Positions 10,444 through 20,450 of a DNA stretch of 64,000 bases are shown piece after piece. Made by a program: the position numbers and the translations under genes. This stretch comes from an uncultured Fibrobacterota bacterium (GTDB lineage Bacteria; Fibrobacterota; Chitinivibrionia; Chitinivibrionales; FEN-1185). Positions within the stretch are counted from its first letter, which is position 1. Each line of letters starts with the position of its first letter. The stretch lies in the NCBI GenBank assembly GCA_963729895.1, contig CAVSQB010000016.1, positions 32,001-96,000 of the forward strand, in the 5' to 3' direction. The notes below the pieces were generated by a model, which was not told where the DNA came from, ran no database searches, and saw only the letters and a program-made list of their open reading frames with translations.

Positions 10444-11325
10444 TTATTCAACCTGTTTATCCACTTCAACCCGGTTCTTTCCGCTTCTCTTGGCGTCATA
10501 AAGGGCGGAATCGGCTTTTTTTACCAGCTCCTGAGGCGTGCGTATCTTCTCACCGCACGACGCAACACCGATGCTCACCGTCACGCTTCTTCCGTCAAAA
10601 CTGCTCTGCGCGACCCGCACCCGCAGCCGCTCCGCAAGCGCGCCCGCGCTGTTTGCATCTGTCAAAGGCATTATCACGGCAAACTCCTCGCCTCCGTACC
10701 GGCAGCAGATGTCGGCCTCCCTCGCCTCCTCCCTGATGATCCTTCCAAGGCTGGCCAGCACGTCATCCCCTGTCTGGTGGCCGAACGTGTCGTTGATCTC
10801 CTTGAAATTGTCGATGTCGATCATCATAAGCGACACGACGGTGTTGTACCGTACATAACGTTTGAGTTCGGCGTCGATCTTACGGAAACAGCTTGAATGA
10901 TTGAACAACCCGGTGAGGCCGTCGTGCACCGACAGGCGAACAAGGTCGGCAATATACGCTTCATCACTGACGGTGGCCGAAGGAATTTCGGTAGTCAGGT
11001 TGGAAAGATAGTCGAGCGACGCGACCGCGATACGGATGTTCCGCTTCATAATGCTTGACATCTCATATTTATGACGCAATATCCTGTTCCACAGGTCTTC
11101 GGCAGCCGACGGAGAAAAAAAACGGTGGGTTATCGCGTACAAAAGGTCTGAGTAGAACTTTTCGCCGCGGTCCTTCTTCATCGTGTTTATTGTGTCGGTC
11201 TCCGGTCCGGACAAGGGCCTGTCACCCGCAAGAGCCGACACCAGATCAAGCGACAAAGGAGTGTAAAAAAGGAGTTCTTCCAGCGATGTATCGTCCCGCC
11301 TATCGCGTGTTGCTTCGGTTTCCAT
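10444..11325 (-). CDS. Diguanylate cyclase (GGDEF)
   Basis: DGLTGLFN, DIDNFKEINDTFGH, RxxD I-site (READ) before RYGGEEF. Start uncertain (11325 or 11460). Confidence 0.9.
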   Translation of the reverse strand: METEATRDRRDDTSLEELLFYTPLSLDLVSALAGDRPLSGPETDTINTMKKDRGEKFYSDLLYAITHRFFSPSAAEDLWNRILRHKYEMSSIMKRNIRIAVASLDYLSNLTTEIPSATVSDEAYIADLVRLSVHDGLTGLFNHSSCFRKIDAELKRYVRYNTVVSLMMIDIDNFKEINDTFGHQTGDDVLASLGRIIREEAREADICCRYGGEEFAVIMPLTDANSAGALAERLRVRVAQSSFDGRSVTVSIGVASCGEKIRTPQELVKKADSALYDAKRSGKNRVEVDKQVE

Positions 11326-11604
11326 TGGTTGATTCCCGGTGCAAAATGTGGTTTGACAACGTCCGGGTTTCCTCGCGGATTCAGCGATCAGATCCCCGCG
11401 CACTAAACCGCTTGACTTGTTGCAGCTGGCTTTATCAAGATACAATCCAAAATGAAGCAATCTGCATGCCGCCGAATATTCAAGATTTGCTCACCGAAGA
11501 TGAAAAATGAAGATTGTCATTTCATTTCTGAAAAAACAATTCCCCGTAATTGGGAATTTCAACGGGCGAACAACCTCATGGATGAATACTGCCTGTTTCC
11601 TGCG

Positions 11605-11620
11605 TGGTATAGAAATTGCA
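11605..11620 (+). promoter_or_regulatory. Sigma54 promoter for bfr
   Basis: TGGTATAGAAATTGCA, GG-N10-GC, 45 bp upstream of the bfr ATG. Confidence 0.65.
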
Positions 11621-11665
11621 TATTAGCAGGTCGCTAGAAAACTCATCACCAAAAAGGAGCGAGTT

Positions 11666-12136
11666 ATGAAGGGAAATGTGAAACTAGTTGAGGTCCTCAA
11701 TTCTCTTTTGGCGGACGAACTCACCGCAGTAAACCAGTACATGGTGCACGCGGAAATTTCCGAACAGTGGGGATATGCGCGGCTCCACGGCCATTTTCAA
11801 AAACGCGCCGTCGATGAAATGAAGCACGCAGAGAGGCTCATCGGCCGGATCATTTTTCTTGAAGGAAGGCCCGTGGTTTCCGAATACCGCAAGATCAACA
11901 TCGGACCGGAAGTCCCTGCACAGCTTGAAAACGACCATAAGTCCGAAGAAAGCGCCATTGCTTCGTATAACGATGCCATAAAATTTGCCGGTGATGTGGG
12001 GGATTTTGCCACCAGGGAAGTGCTCGAGTCGATTCTTCAGGACGAAGACAAGCACATCGACGGCATCGAAGAACTGCAGGACCAGATCAAACACATCGGG
12101 CTGCCGGTGTTCCTATCGGCTCAAATTAAAGAGTAG
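11666..12136 (+). CDS. bfr: Bacterioferritin
   Basis: MKG start, ELTAVNQY, DEMKHA (ferroxidase E51/H54, heme Met52), DEDKHID. Confidence 0.95.
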   Translation: MKGNVKLVEVLNSLLADELTAVNQYMVHAEISEQWGYARLHGHFQKRAVDEMKHAERLIGRIIFLEGRPVVSEYRKINIGPEVPAQLENDHKSEESAIASYNDAIKFAGDVGDFATREVLESILQDEDKHIDGIEELQDQIKHIGLPVFLSAQIKE

Positions 12137-12148
12137 GGAGGTGTACGT

Positions 12149-12496
12149 ATGGTTATGGCAATGATCCTGTTGTTCGCAATTGCCGCGATTGGCGGCATCA
12201 TTCTTGCGGTTTTGCATTTTGGGAATAAGACAATGCCCTTGTGGCTTGCATTGCTCCACGGGCTTGCGGCGGTTACGGGAGTAATTGTCCTGATTGTCGC
12301 GCTGGCAAAACTTGCTGCCGCCACGCTTCTTGTGGCAGCACTGGCGCTTTTCGGAATTGCTGCGGTTGGCGGACTAACGCTTTTTATCGGATTCTATATT
12401 CCAAAGAAACGGTTGCCTTCACCTGTCGTAATTTTGCACGCGCTTTTCGCAGTCGCCGGGTTTGCAACTGTGCTTGCCTTTGCGCTGTCTCATTGA
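12149..12496 (+). CDS. Small four-TM membrane protein
   Basis: Almost wholly hydrophobic, internal repeat LHGLAAVTG / LHALFAVAG; RBS GGAGG; 12 bp after bfr. Confidence 0.75.
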   Translation: MVMAMILLFAIAAIGGIILAVLHFGNKTMPLWLALLHGLAAVTGVIVLIVALAKLAAATLLVAALALFGIAAVGGLTLFIGFYIPKKRLPSPVVILHALFAVAGFATVLAFALSH

Positions 12497-12540
12497 AGAA
12501 AATGAGGTCGCGCTGTGCCGTCCCTGCGGCAGGCTGACAA

Positions 12541-12579
12541 GAAAGGGGTACTTTGCCTGGGTGGCAAAGAACCCCTTTC
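12541..12579. terminator. Hairpin between convergent genes, likely bidirectional terminator
   Basis: GAAAGGGGT(A)CTTTGCC-TGGGT-GGCAAAG(A)ACCCCTTTC; 16-bp stem with one mismatch. Confidence 0.7.
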
Positions 12580-12650
12580 CGCTTGCAACTGCTTAACCTC
12601 TGTCAACAACACATGTTATACCACGGCCTTGCCTTGCGACTCCTTGCCTG

Positions 12651-13124
12651 TCACGAATAGAACATTCCCTTTCTCTCAGGCTGTAATTCCGGAATGGCCC
12701 GAGTCTGAATATTCGGGTCCGCACTGTTTTCGTATTCCGGGTAGTGAACAAGATGGATCTTGATCTTCGCCGCTTCCTGCTGGTCGAAGAACCGGCCGAG
12801 TTTACTCTTGATCTTTGCGATAACCAGGTCCCTGTTCGACTTGTTGACTTCACTGCAAATGATGCCGACGAGTGAATTTTCCCAGTACCAGCCTTTCACG
12901 TCGATTTCGCGCGTTGATGCGCCCAGCGCCGCGGCCAGGCTTTCCAAAAGCACCGGAGCGGGCCTGCTCCGGACTTTGAGTAATTCTGCTACGTCAAGTA
13001 AAACCACCAGAAAGGCCCTTCCCGACCGTTCAGTACGTTTCCGCTCCAAAACCAGCGTTTTGCGGAAGAACTCTTCAGAGCAAATGGCGGCGGTTTGCGT
13101 CGCGTTTGTCGTGATTGTGTCCAT
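12651..13124 (-). CDS. Hypothetical protein resembling the degenerate GGDEF-like N-terminal domain of some sugar transferases
   Basis: LERKRTERSGRAFLVVLLD and TREIDVKGWY motifs; RBS GAAAGGA; no transferase domain follows. Confidence 0.55.
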   Translation of the reverse strand: MDTITTNATQTAAICSEEFFRKTLVLERKRTERSGRAFLVVLLDVAELLKVRSRPAPVLLESLAAALGASTREIDVKGWYWENSLVGIICSEVNKSNRDLVIAKIKSKLGRFFDQQEAAKIKIHLVHYPEYENSADPNIQTRAIPELQPERKGMFYS

Positions 13125-13441
13125 AATGTTCGATCCTTTCCACGCTGCGGCGGCTACCCGTTACGCCGAAACCGCGTGTGCCATAATCCCGGTTTTAATG
13201 CCTTTTTCCCACCAGCGAGAACGCCTCGCCCGCGCTATCTTAATAGCAATCACCGCTATTAAACCGCAAGAATTGAGCCAATGTAACATGGGCAGGGTCC
13301 AACGCCGTCGGGTTGCCCCGAGAACGCCATAGTAGTTCACTATCCGGTTCATCTCTTAACTCACGCCGTTTGAAGACGTTGTGCGAAAGGATGACAACAG
13401 CAGCAGTGTCGGCGGAAAGGAATACCGCGGCGAAACGGCCA

Positions 13442-14110
13442 TCAATTCCTAAATCTTCCCCCGCCATGGCGGATAATGGATCCCTCCACCATGTAAATGA
13501 TGTCTTCGGCCACGTTGGTCGCATGATCCGCGATCCGCTCCAGGTGGCGCGAAATGGTGAGCATCTGCAGAAAATCGTCCACGCTGTCCGGCGCCTGCCG
13601 GATGCCGGCCTTTACTTTGTCGAACATCTCGCGATACAGCGCGTCCACTTCGTCGTCTGCGGCGCATACCGACAGCGCCAGCTTGGCGTCGAGATTGACA
13701 AGTGCGTCCAGGCAACTCTTGAGCATGGCGCGCGCCTTCTCCATCATGGTGGGAAAGTTCGAGGAGAAAACGAAATCGGGGCGCTCGGCAAGAGCCAGCG
13801 AACGTTCGGCGATGTTTACGGTGAGGTCGCCGATGCGTTCGAGGTCGTTGTTGATCTTGAGCACCGCAACAATAAACCTGAGGTCGGTGGCAACCGGCTG
13901 GTGAAGAGCAAGGACCTTGAGGCACTCCTCCTCCACTTCGATTTCCATGATGTCGACCGCCCGGTCCATGTCCACCACTTTCGCGGCGAGCTGGGCGTCG
14001 CGTTTCTCAACCGATCGCACGGCCCGCTCCACGTTTTCTTCGACCATTGCCGACAGCCGGAGGATTTTCTTCTTGAGACTGTCGATTTCCTTTTGCAAAT
14101 GAACCGCCAT
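13442..14110 (-). CDS. phoU: Phosphate signalling protein PhoU (copy 1)
   Basis: QPVATDLR, NDLERIGD, LERIADHATNVAE; start MAVHLQKE at 14110. Confidence 0.95.
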   Translation of the reverse strand: MAVHLQKEIDSLKKKILRLSAMVEENVERAVRSVEKRDAQLAAKVVDMDRAVDIMEIEVEEECLKVLALHQPVATDLRFIVAVLKINNDLERIGDLTVNIAERSLALAERPDFVFSSNFPTMMEKARAMLKSCLDALVNLDAKLALSVCAADDEVDALYREMFDKVKAGIRQAPDSVDDFLQMLTISRHLERIADHATNVAEDIIYMVEGSIIRHGGGRFRN

Positions 14111-14136
14111 GGTTGCTCCTGTTCTGTACCGGTTTT

Positions 14137-15942
14137 CTATCCCGCCGCGGGCAAACGGATGGAAAAAGTACTGCCCTTTCCAACCGCGCTTTCCACCTCG
14201 ACCCTGCCGTGATGCGCCAGAACGATATGCTTCACAATAGACAGTCCGAGCCCGGTGCCGCCGAGCTTCCTGCTGCGGGCCTTGTCCACCCGGTAGAATC
14301 GCTCGAAGATGCGCCCGAGATGTTCCTGCGGTATCCCCATGCCTTCGTCCCTCACCGAGATCAGCGTTTCGCCGCTTGCGGGGTCTTTCTCCGCTGCCAC
14401 CCACACGCGTTTATTGGTGTCGCTGTACTTGACGGCGTTGTCGATGAGATTGACAACGGCTTGTTCGAGCAGCGACGGCTCGATGCGCGCGGTAAGTGCG
14501 CTATTGCAGGTCACCTCGAAGGTTATTCCCTTGTGCAGACCGCTTTGCCGGCAGGTGTCGACCGCGCCTGCAACCACGTCGGCAACCCGGCCGGGAACCA
14601 GTTCCACCGCGTTGCGTTCCTCGTCGCGTTCGATTTTCGACAATGCAAGAAGGTCCTCCACGATGGTGTTGAGCCGGTCCACCTGGCCGGCGACGATCCC
14701 GAGAAACCGCTGCGCGTCCTCCCGGCTGTCCATGGCGCCGCCTTGCAGCGTTTCAACAAACCCCTTTATGGATGTGAGCGGCGTCCGCAACTCGTGCGAA
14801 ACATTTGCCACAAAGTCTTTCCGCATTTTCTCAAGCAGCTTGATTCGCGTGATGTCATTGACAACCATGAGTGCTCCGATGCTGTTTCCTTTCGCGTCGC
14901 GAAGCGCACTGCCGTGCAATTGGAGGAACCGTTCTGTATTGAGTTCCGGTCCGGCGGCCGTCTGGGAAAGCAGCACGATCTCCCTCTCGGAAGGCCCCGA
15001 CGCCCCAAGCGCCTCGCCGAAAAAATCCTGCACATCGGTATTCCTGATGGCCTCGCCGATCCATTTGCCCTGGGCACCCTCGGGCGCAATATCGAACAGG
15101 CTATGGGCGGCCCGGTTGAGGATGATGATGCGCTCGTCCGCGTCCACGGCGATAACGCCCTCGATCATGCTCGACAGAACCGCGTCGAGTTCGTTCTTCT
15201 GGCGCGTGATGGTGCCGAGCCGTTCGCTGAGCTGCCTCGCCATTTCATTGAGGCCTATGGCAAGCGCGCCCGACTCCTCATAGCCGGAGACCGGCAGCTT
15301 GAGGCTGAAATCGCCGGACGCGAAACGCTGGGCGCCCAGCCGCATTTCGGCAATGGGCCGGCTCACTTTTCTTGACACAAGGTAGCTTGCAAGCGCGGCG
15401 AAAAACGCCATAAGAAGGACGGCCGCCGCAATGGCGCGGTACAGACTGTTGAGCGCGGCACGCACCGCAAGCGTCGGCAGGGCGGTCCGCACCACGGCGC
15501 ACAGGACGCCGGCATTGTACACCGGCATCGCCACGTACATCATGTTTTCCACGAGCGTCCGGCTGAACCGGTGGGAGAAACCGGTTTTTCCGGCAAGCGC
15601 GTCAATCACTTCCGGCCGGGTGCCGTGGTTTTCCATGGAATCCGGGTCCCTTTCCGAATCGCCGATCACTCGTCCCGAAGGCGCTATCACGGTGAACCTA
15701 GTGTTGACGCTACGCGAAATAACCTTGCACAGGGAATCGATGCTGCCCGCCGATTTCGATGCGAAGTGTTCCTCGATCTGCGACCCGATGAGTATGGCGC
15801 GCGCCTTGAGATCTTCCATGCTGTGCTGCAGATAGAACGTCCGGAAGGCGTGCGAGGAATACCAGGTCACGATGAGCACCGGAACGCCCATGATGAGAAG
15901 ATAGGAGAAGTAAAGCTGCCAGATGAGTTTCTTGGGCCACAC
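14137..15942 (-). CDS. phoR: PhoR-type sensor kinase (periplasmic-HAMP-PAS-HisKA-HATPase)
   Basis: MENHGTRPEV, DFVANVSHELRTPLT, RIFERFYRVDKARSRKLGGTGLGLSIVKH; GTG start 2 bp after the phoB stop. Confidence 0.92.
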   Translation of the reverse strand: MWPKKLIWQLYFSYLLIMGVPVLIVTWYSSHAFRTFYLQHSMEDLKARAILIGSQIEEHFASKSAGSIDSLCKVISRSVNTRFTVIAPSGRVIGDSERDPDSMENHGTRPEVIDALAGKTGFSHRFSRTLVENMMYVAMPVYNAGVLCAVVRTALPTLAVRAALNSLYRAIAAAVLLMAFFAALASYLVSRKVSRPIAEMRLGAQRFASGDFSLKLPVSGYEESGALAIGLNEMARQLSERLGTITRQKNELDAVLSSMIEGVIAVDADERIIILNRAAHSLFDIAPEGAQGKWIGEAIRNTDVQDFFGEALGASGPSEREIVLLSQTAAGPELNTERFLQLHGSALRDAKGNSIGALMVVNDITRIKLLEKMRKDFVANVSHELRTPLTSIKGFVETLQGGAMDSREDAQRFLGIVAGQVDRLNTIVEDLLALSKIERDEERNAVELVPGRVADVVAGAVDTCRQSGLHKGITFEVTCNSALTARIEPSLLEQAVVNLIDNAVKYSDTNKRVWVAAEKDPASGETLISVRDEGMGIPQEHLGRIFERFYRVDKARSRKLGGTGLGLSIVKHIVLAHHGRVEVESAVGKGSTFSIRLPAAG

Positions 15943-15944
15943 GG

Positions 15945-16640
15945 TCAGGCCTGCTGTTCCTTGAACCGGTACCCGACGCCGCGCACCGTTTCGACATAGT
16001 CTCCTGCCGCGCCGAGCTTTTTGCGCAGCCCGACAATCAGCACATCCACCGACCGGTCGGTGACCGGATAATTGTCGCCGCGCACGCCTTCGACGATCTG
16101 ATAGCGCGAAAACACCCACCCGGGTTTGGCGGCAAGCAGATGCAGCACACGGAATTCCATGTTGGTAAGCTCCACGGGCTTCTTGCCCAGCAGCACTTCC
16201 CGGCGGCCCGGATGGACCGTGAGATCGTGAATGTGGAGAGGCTGGCTTTCGTCAACCGGCTCCGCGGATTTTCTCCGCAGCACGGTCTTGATCCGCGCCA
16301 TGAGAATCTTCGGGGAAAACGGCTTCACCACATAATCGTCGGCCCCGAGTTCAAGGCCCGCAACAACGTCCGATTCCTCGCCTTTGGCGGTGAGAATTAT
16401 GACGGGAACGGCGCTGGTCTTTCCCTCTTTCTTGAGCGCTCTGCAGACGTCAAGGCCGTCGACGCCGGGGAGCATGAGGTCGAGCACAATCAGGTCCACG
16501 TGTTCGTTACGGGCCTTCTTAAGACCGTCCTCCCCGGACATTGCGCTCAACGTCTTGAAGCCATCCTTGGTAAGGTTGTAGACGATGAGTTCCTGGATGT
16601 CCTCGTCATCTTCAATAATCAGTATTCGCTCTCTTGCCAT
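15945..16640 (-). CDS. phoB: OmpR-family response regulator PhoB/PhoP
   Basis: LDLMLPGVDG, GADDYVVKPFS, winged helix RSVDVLIVGLRKKL, ETVRGVGYRF; pst/phoR context. Confidence 0.9.
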   Translation of the reverse strand: MARERILIIEDDEDIQELIVYNLTKDGFKTLSAMSGEDGLKKARNEHVDLIVLDLMLPGVDGLDVCRALKKEGKTSAVPVIILTAKGEESDVVAGLELGADDYVVKPFSPKILMARIKTVLRRKSAEPVDESQPLHIHDLTVHPGRREVLLGKKPVELTNMEFRVLHLLAAKPGWVFSRYQIVEGVRGDNYPVTDRSVDVLIVGLRKKLGAAGDYVETVRGVGYRFKEQQA

Positions 16641-16781
16641 AAAACCGTCCGATTTTGTTTATCGTCACTTTTGCCGGCCGCAGGCGGTGCAAAGGACACG
16701 CGGGCGGCACGTGCGGGACGTATCCTTAATATAATGCTTCAAAGGGTTGCATCCCCAATAATGCTCTTGTTGCTCTGCGCT

Positions 16782-16869
16782 CCCTCAATCCCCCGAAGGA
16801 GACTTGTTGGAAATAAAGGTCTTATTATGAAATCAACGTCCACCAAGTCCCCCTCCGGGGGATTTAGGG
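16782..16869. repeat. REP/REPIN-like inverted doublet
   Basis: CCCTCAATCCCCCGAAGGAGACTTGTTGGA (16782-16811) inverted against CCCTAAATCCCCCGGAGGGGGACTTGGTGGA (16869-16839), AT-rich 27-bp spacer. Confidence 0.65.
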
Positions 16870-17565
16870 GGCGACGCCGGGTCCTTCGTGTTCCGGAGGC
16901 ACCGGCGTGTCGGTATGGTGCTTCACCATTCGCGCCTGCGAATGAAATAGTTCCTCTTCGGCAATATTTGTCGACAGGTCCGCAATGCGCTCGAGGTTCT
17001 TGCTGACGCGGATGTATTCCATTGCAGCATCGATGAGCTGGGGATTCTTTTTTGTATTCATGATCGACTTAAGGATGATGCCGCGATTCATGCCGTCCAC
17101 TTCGTCATCCTGGAAAAGCAGGGCGCGAGCGCGCTCCGAGTCCTCGGTGAAAAAACTGGCCAGTGCGTCATGGAGCATCGCCGTTACCGTTTTCGACATC
17201 TCCAGAAGCTCGGGCAGTTCCTCTGCAAGACCGCCGTGCGCAGCGTTCTGCATCGCCGCTTCCGCGATATTCACCGCATGGTCGCCGATCCGCTCCAGCT
17301 CGTTGTTGACAATCTGGATTGCAAGCACCAGGCGAAGGTCCACGGCCACGGGCTGCTGGAGCGCAAAGAAGGTGATGACCTCGTTGTCGATGGTGATTTC
17401 AAGCGTATTGATGGCGGGCTCGTTATCGAGCACCCGTTGGGCCATAGCCGCATCGTGCTCGAAAAACGCGCGCGTCGACGACTCTACGGCGCGCTCCACT
17501 GCATCCGCCATGGTCTTGAGCGTTTCCATGACTCTCGAAATCTCTTTTTCAAAATGTCTTTCCAC
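16864..17565 (-). CDS. phoU: PhoU (copy 2)
   Basis: QQPVAVDLR, NELERIGDHAVNIA, LERIADLSTNIAE. Confidence 0.95.
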   Translation of the reverse strand: MERHFEKEISRVMETLKTMADAVERAVESSTRAFFEHDAAMAQRVLDNEPAINTLEITIDNEVITFFALQQPVAVDLRLVLAIQIVNNELERIGDHAVNIAEAAMQNAAHGGLAEELPELLEMSKTVTAMLHDALASFFTEDSERARALLFQDDEVDGMNRGIILKSIMNTKKNPQLIDAAMEYIRVSKNLERIADLSTNIAEEELFHSQARMVKHHTDTPVPPEHEGPGVAP

Positions 17566-17587
17566 GGTGGTCCGGTTTCTCCTTTTT

Positions 17588-18364
17588 CTAGCCGAAGCGT
17601 CCGGTTACGTAGTCTTCGGTACGCTTTGATTTTGGCGATGTGAAGACCGTGTTGGTGGTATCGAACTCCACGAGTTCTCCCAGGTAAAGAAACGCCGTAA
17701 AATCGCTCACCCGCGCCGCCTGCTGAAGATTGTGCGTCACCATGATGACGCAGTAGTCTTTGCGCAGTTCGTAGATCAGTTCGTCGATTTGCCCCATGGA
17801 AATGGGGTCGAGGGCCGAGGCGGGTTCGTCGAGCAAGACGATCTCCGGCTGGATAGCGATGGTGCGCGCGATGCACAGGCGCTGCTGCTGGCCGCCCGAC
17901 AGACTCAGGCCGCTGCGGGTGAGCTTGTCCTTGACTTCGTTCCACAGGGCCGCCTTGCCCAGCACGTTTTCAACAAGTTCATCCATGGCGCGGCGGCTCA
18001 GCTTCCGGTACAGGCGAACGGGAAACGCTATGTTTTCATAAATTGACATTGGAAAAGGGGTCGGACGCTGGAACACCATGCCGATCTTGGCGCGGAGCGT
18101 GGACGCGGACGCGTTCGAGCTCACGATGTCTTCCCCGTCCACCATAACCTTGCCCTCCGCGGTCTGCCCCGGGTACAAATCGTACATCCGGTTGAGGACC
18201 CGCAGGAGCGTGGACTTGCCGCATCCGGAAGGCCCGATGAGAGCCGAGACGCAGCGGTCCGGAAAATCCAGGTTGATATCCTTGAGCGCCCGGTTGCCGT
18301 TGTAGAAGAAATTGAGCTTCTGCACCGATACTTTTATGGGTCTGGCGTTTGCGTCTTCGGTCAT
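17588..18364 (-). CDS. pstB: Phosphate ABC transporter ATPase
   Basis: [46 protein letters not shown]. Confidence 0.97.
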   Translation of the reverse strand: MTEDANARPIKVSVQKLNFFYNGNRALKDINLDFPDRCVSALIGPSGCGKSTLLRVLNRMYDLYPGQTAEGKVMVDGEDIVSSNASASTLRAKIGMVFQRPTPFPMSIYENIAFPVRLYRKLSRRAMDELVENVLGKAALWNEVKDKLTRSGLSLSGGQQQRLCIARTIAIQPEIVLLDEPASALDPISMGQIDELIYELRKDYCVIMVTHNLQQAARVSDFTAFLYLGELVEFDTTNTVFTSPKSKRTEDYVTGRFG

Positions 18365-19212
18365 TTTCCCCTCCGGGCAAACAGGATGTACCGCGCGAAA
18401 ATGCTGAGCGCAAGCACGGTAATGGTAATGAGCAGCGCGCCTGCCCATGCAAGATGCTGCCAGTCTTTATACGGGCTCATCGCAAACTGAAAGATGATTA
18501 TCGGAAGCGATGCGATTGGCTGATTCATATTAAAGGAGTTGAACTGGTTGTTAAGAGATGTGAAGAGCAAGGGCGCCGTTTCACCCGAAATGCGCGCAAG
18601 GGCCAGAATGATTCCGGTCACTATGCCCGGACGGGCCGCCCTCCACCCGATGTTCACGATCATCTTCCAGTACGGGCACCCCAAAGCCACGGCGGCTTCG
18701 CGCAGAGTGTCGGGCACGAGCCGCAGCATGTCTTCGGTGGTGCGCACGATCACGGGAAGGGCGATCAGGCACAGTGCAAGAGCGCCCGCCCACCCGGAAA
18801 AGTGTCCGGCCGGCAGCACGACAATTGTATAAATAAACAGACCCAGAATAATGGAAGGCGCGCTAAGCAGAATATCGTTGCAGAACCGGACTACATCGCC
18901 GAACCTGGAGTTCCGTCCGTATTCAGCAAGAAACGTTCCGGCAAGGACCCCGACCGGGACGGCAAAAAGGATTGCAACCGCGACAAGAAAAATGCTGCCC
19001 ACGATCGCGTTGAACAGCCCGCCGGCGCTGCCTGGCGCCGGAGTGCTCTCCACAAAAATTGCGGGCGAAAACGCGCGAAAGCCGTCCGCCGCCAGTGTCC
19101 AGAGTATCGCTACAAGAACGCTGATCGAAATGACCACGGCGACATGGAACAGCACGACCATCACCCTGTTTGCCAGCCGGCGCTTGACGAGAATTCTGGA
19201 GTCCGGTTTCAT
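18361..19212 (-). CDS. pstA: Phosphate ABC permease
   Basis: [36 protein letters not shown]. Confidence 0.97.
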   Translation of the reverse strand: MKPDSRILVKRRLANRVMVVLFHVAVVISISVLVAILWTLAADGFRAFSPAIFVESTPAPGSAGGLFNAIVGSIFLVAVAILFAVPVGVLAGTFLAEYGRNSRFGDVVRFCNDILLSAPSIILGLFIYTIVVLPAGHFSGWAGALALCLIALPVIVRTTEDMLRLVPDTLREAAVALGCPYWKMIVNIGWRAARPGIVTGIILALARISGETAPLLFTSLNNQFNSFNMNQPIASLPIIIFQFAMSPYKDWQHLAWAGALLITITVLALSIFARYILFARRGK

Positions 19213-20234
19213 ATTGGAATCTTCCGGTTGACGGAATGAAGCAGAAAACGGGTGATCATCAGGACGACAAACGTGATTATGAAAAGAATCAGTCCAAGTT
19301 CAAGGAGTGATGACATGTACATCTTGCCGAACGCTTCCGTGAACTCGTTCGCGAGCGTGGCGGAAATGGTTGTGCCCGGCGCAAACAGCGACTCCGGGAT
19401 CCGGTGAGAATTTCCGATGACGAACGTGACCGCCATGGTCTCGCCCAGCGCGCGTCCCAGCCCGAGCATGATGGCCCCGATAATGCCGTTCTTGGTGTAT
19501 GGTAGAATGATGCGGTAGCAAACCTCCCATGTCGACGCGCCGGTACCGTATGCCGCTTCCCTCAACGCAATCGGCACTGTGGCAAAGGCCTGCAGGCTTA
19601 CCGATGCAATGAACGGCAGGATCATGAAGCTCAGGATAAGACCGGCGGTAAGCACCCCGATGCCGAACGGAGGCCCCTGGAACAGGATTCCGATGATGGG
19701 AAGCGGACCCAGCCTGTTGATAAGCGCGGGCTGAATTGTGCCTGCCATGATCGGGACGAGAACGAACAAACCCCACATTCCGTAGATGATGCTTGGGATT
19801 GCGGCGAGCAACTCGATTGTTGTAGTGAGAGTGGAGCGCAGCCGAAACGGGCACAGCTCGTTGAGGTAGAAAGCCGCTCCGAGCGCCAGCGGCGCGCCGA
19901 ACAGGACAGCCATCAAAGAGGTGATGATGGTGCCCGTCATTGCCGGCAAAGCGCCGAATTTATTGGTAACCGGGTTCCACGAACCATTCAGAATAAACGA
20001 TATGCCGAATTTGCGGATTGCCGGAAAACTCTGGTACGCCAGGAGGACAAAAATGGCGATCATGGTGGCGACAAGGATAAAGGCCGCAACCCTGGAAATA
20101 AGATTGAAAACAGGTTCAAACCAGTCACCGGACGCCACGCGCGGTCGCGGGCTTTCAATCGACTTGGCTTTTGCCGCCGCCAGACTTAGGTCTTGGGGGG
20201 ATGCGGCAAAGCTTGTTGCCATTTCATCGGTCAT
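19209..20234 (-). CDS. pstC: Phosphate ABC permease
   Basis: WNPV, IELLAAIPSIIYGMWG, LGLGRALGETMAVTFVIGN. Confidence 0.97.
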   Translation of the reverse strand: MTDEMATSFAASPQDLSLAAAKAKSIESPRPRVASGDWFEPVFNLISRVAAFILVATMIAIFVLLAYQSFPAIRKFGISFILNGSWNPVTNKFGALPAMTGTIITSLMAVLFGAPLALGAAFYLNELCPFRLRSTLTTTIELLAAIPSIIYGMWGLFVLVPIMAGTIQPALINRLGPLPIIGILFQGPPFGIGVLTAGLILSFMILPFIASVSLQAFATVPIALREAAYGTGASTWEVCYRIILPYTKNGIIGAIMLGLGRALGETMAVTFVIGNSHRIPESLFAPGTTISATLANEFTEAFGKMYMSSLLELGLILFIITFVVLMITRFLLHSVNRKIPI

Positions 20235-20329
20235 GAGGCTGAACCTGCCTTTCCGATTTTCATGCAGCCGTTCGCCTGAAGAGCGTTTCTGCGAAAGATT
20301 CTTAAGCTGGTGTACCTTAATGCAATTGA

Positions 20330-20383
20330 AAAATCGACCAAATATATTAGCAAATCATTAGGAAAATGTTACAATGTGGTTAG
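20330..20383 (-). promoter_or_regulatory. Pho-box-like array plus -10 for pstCAB
   Basis: Coding strand CTAAC/GTAAC/CTAAT/CTAAT at an 11-bp period (plus-strand starts 20379, 20368, 20357, 20346), then 10 bp, then GATTTT. Confidence 0.8.
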
Positions 20384-20396
20384 GACGCAAAAACTC

Positions 20397-20434
20397 GGCC
20401 AACGATCGGCCTTGATAACGGCCGGTCGTTGGCC
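20397..20434 (-). terminator. Intrinsic terminator after the porin gene
   Basis: 15-bp stem GGCCAACGA(T/C)CGGCC with one mismatch, followed by GAGTTTTT on the minus strand. Confidence 0.65.
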
Positions 20435-20450
20435 TTCAGAACATCACTCA

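Noticed and set aside
13313..17006. Long plus-strand ORFs (299, 420, 324, 288 aa)
   Set aside because: Antisense shadows of phoU/phoR/phoB in GC-rich DNA.
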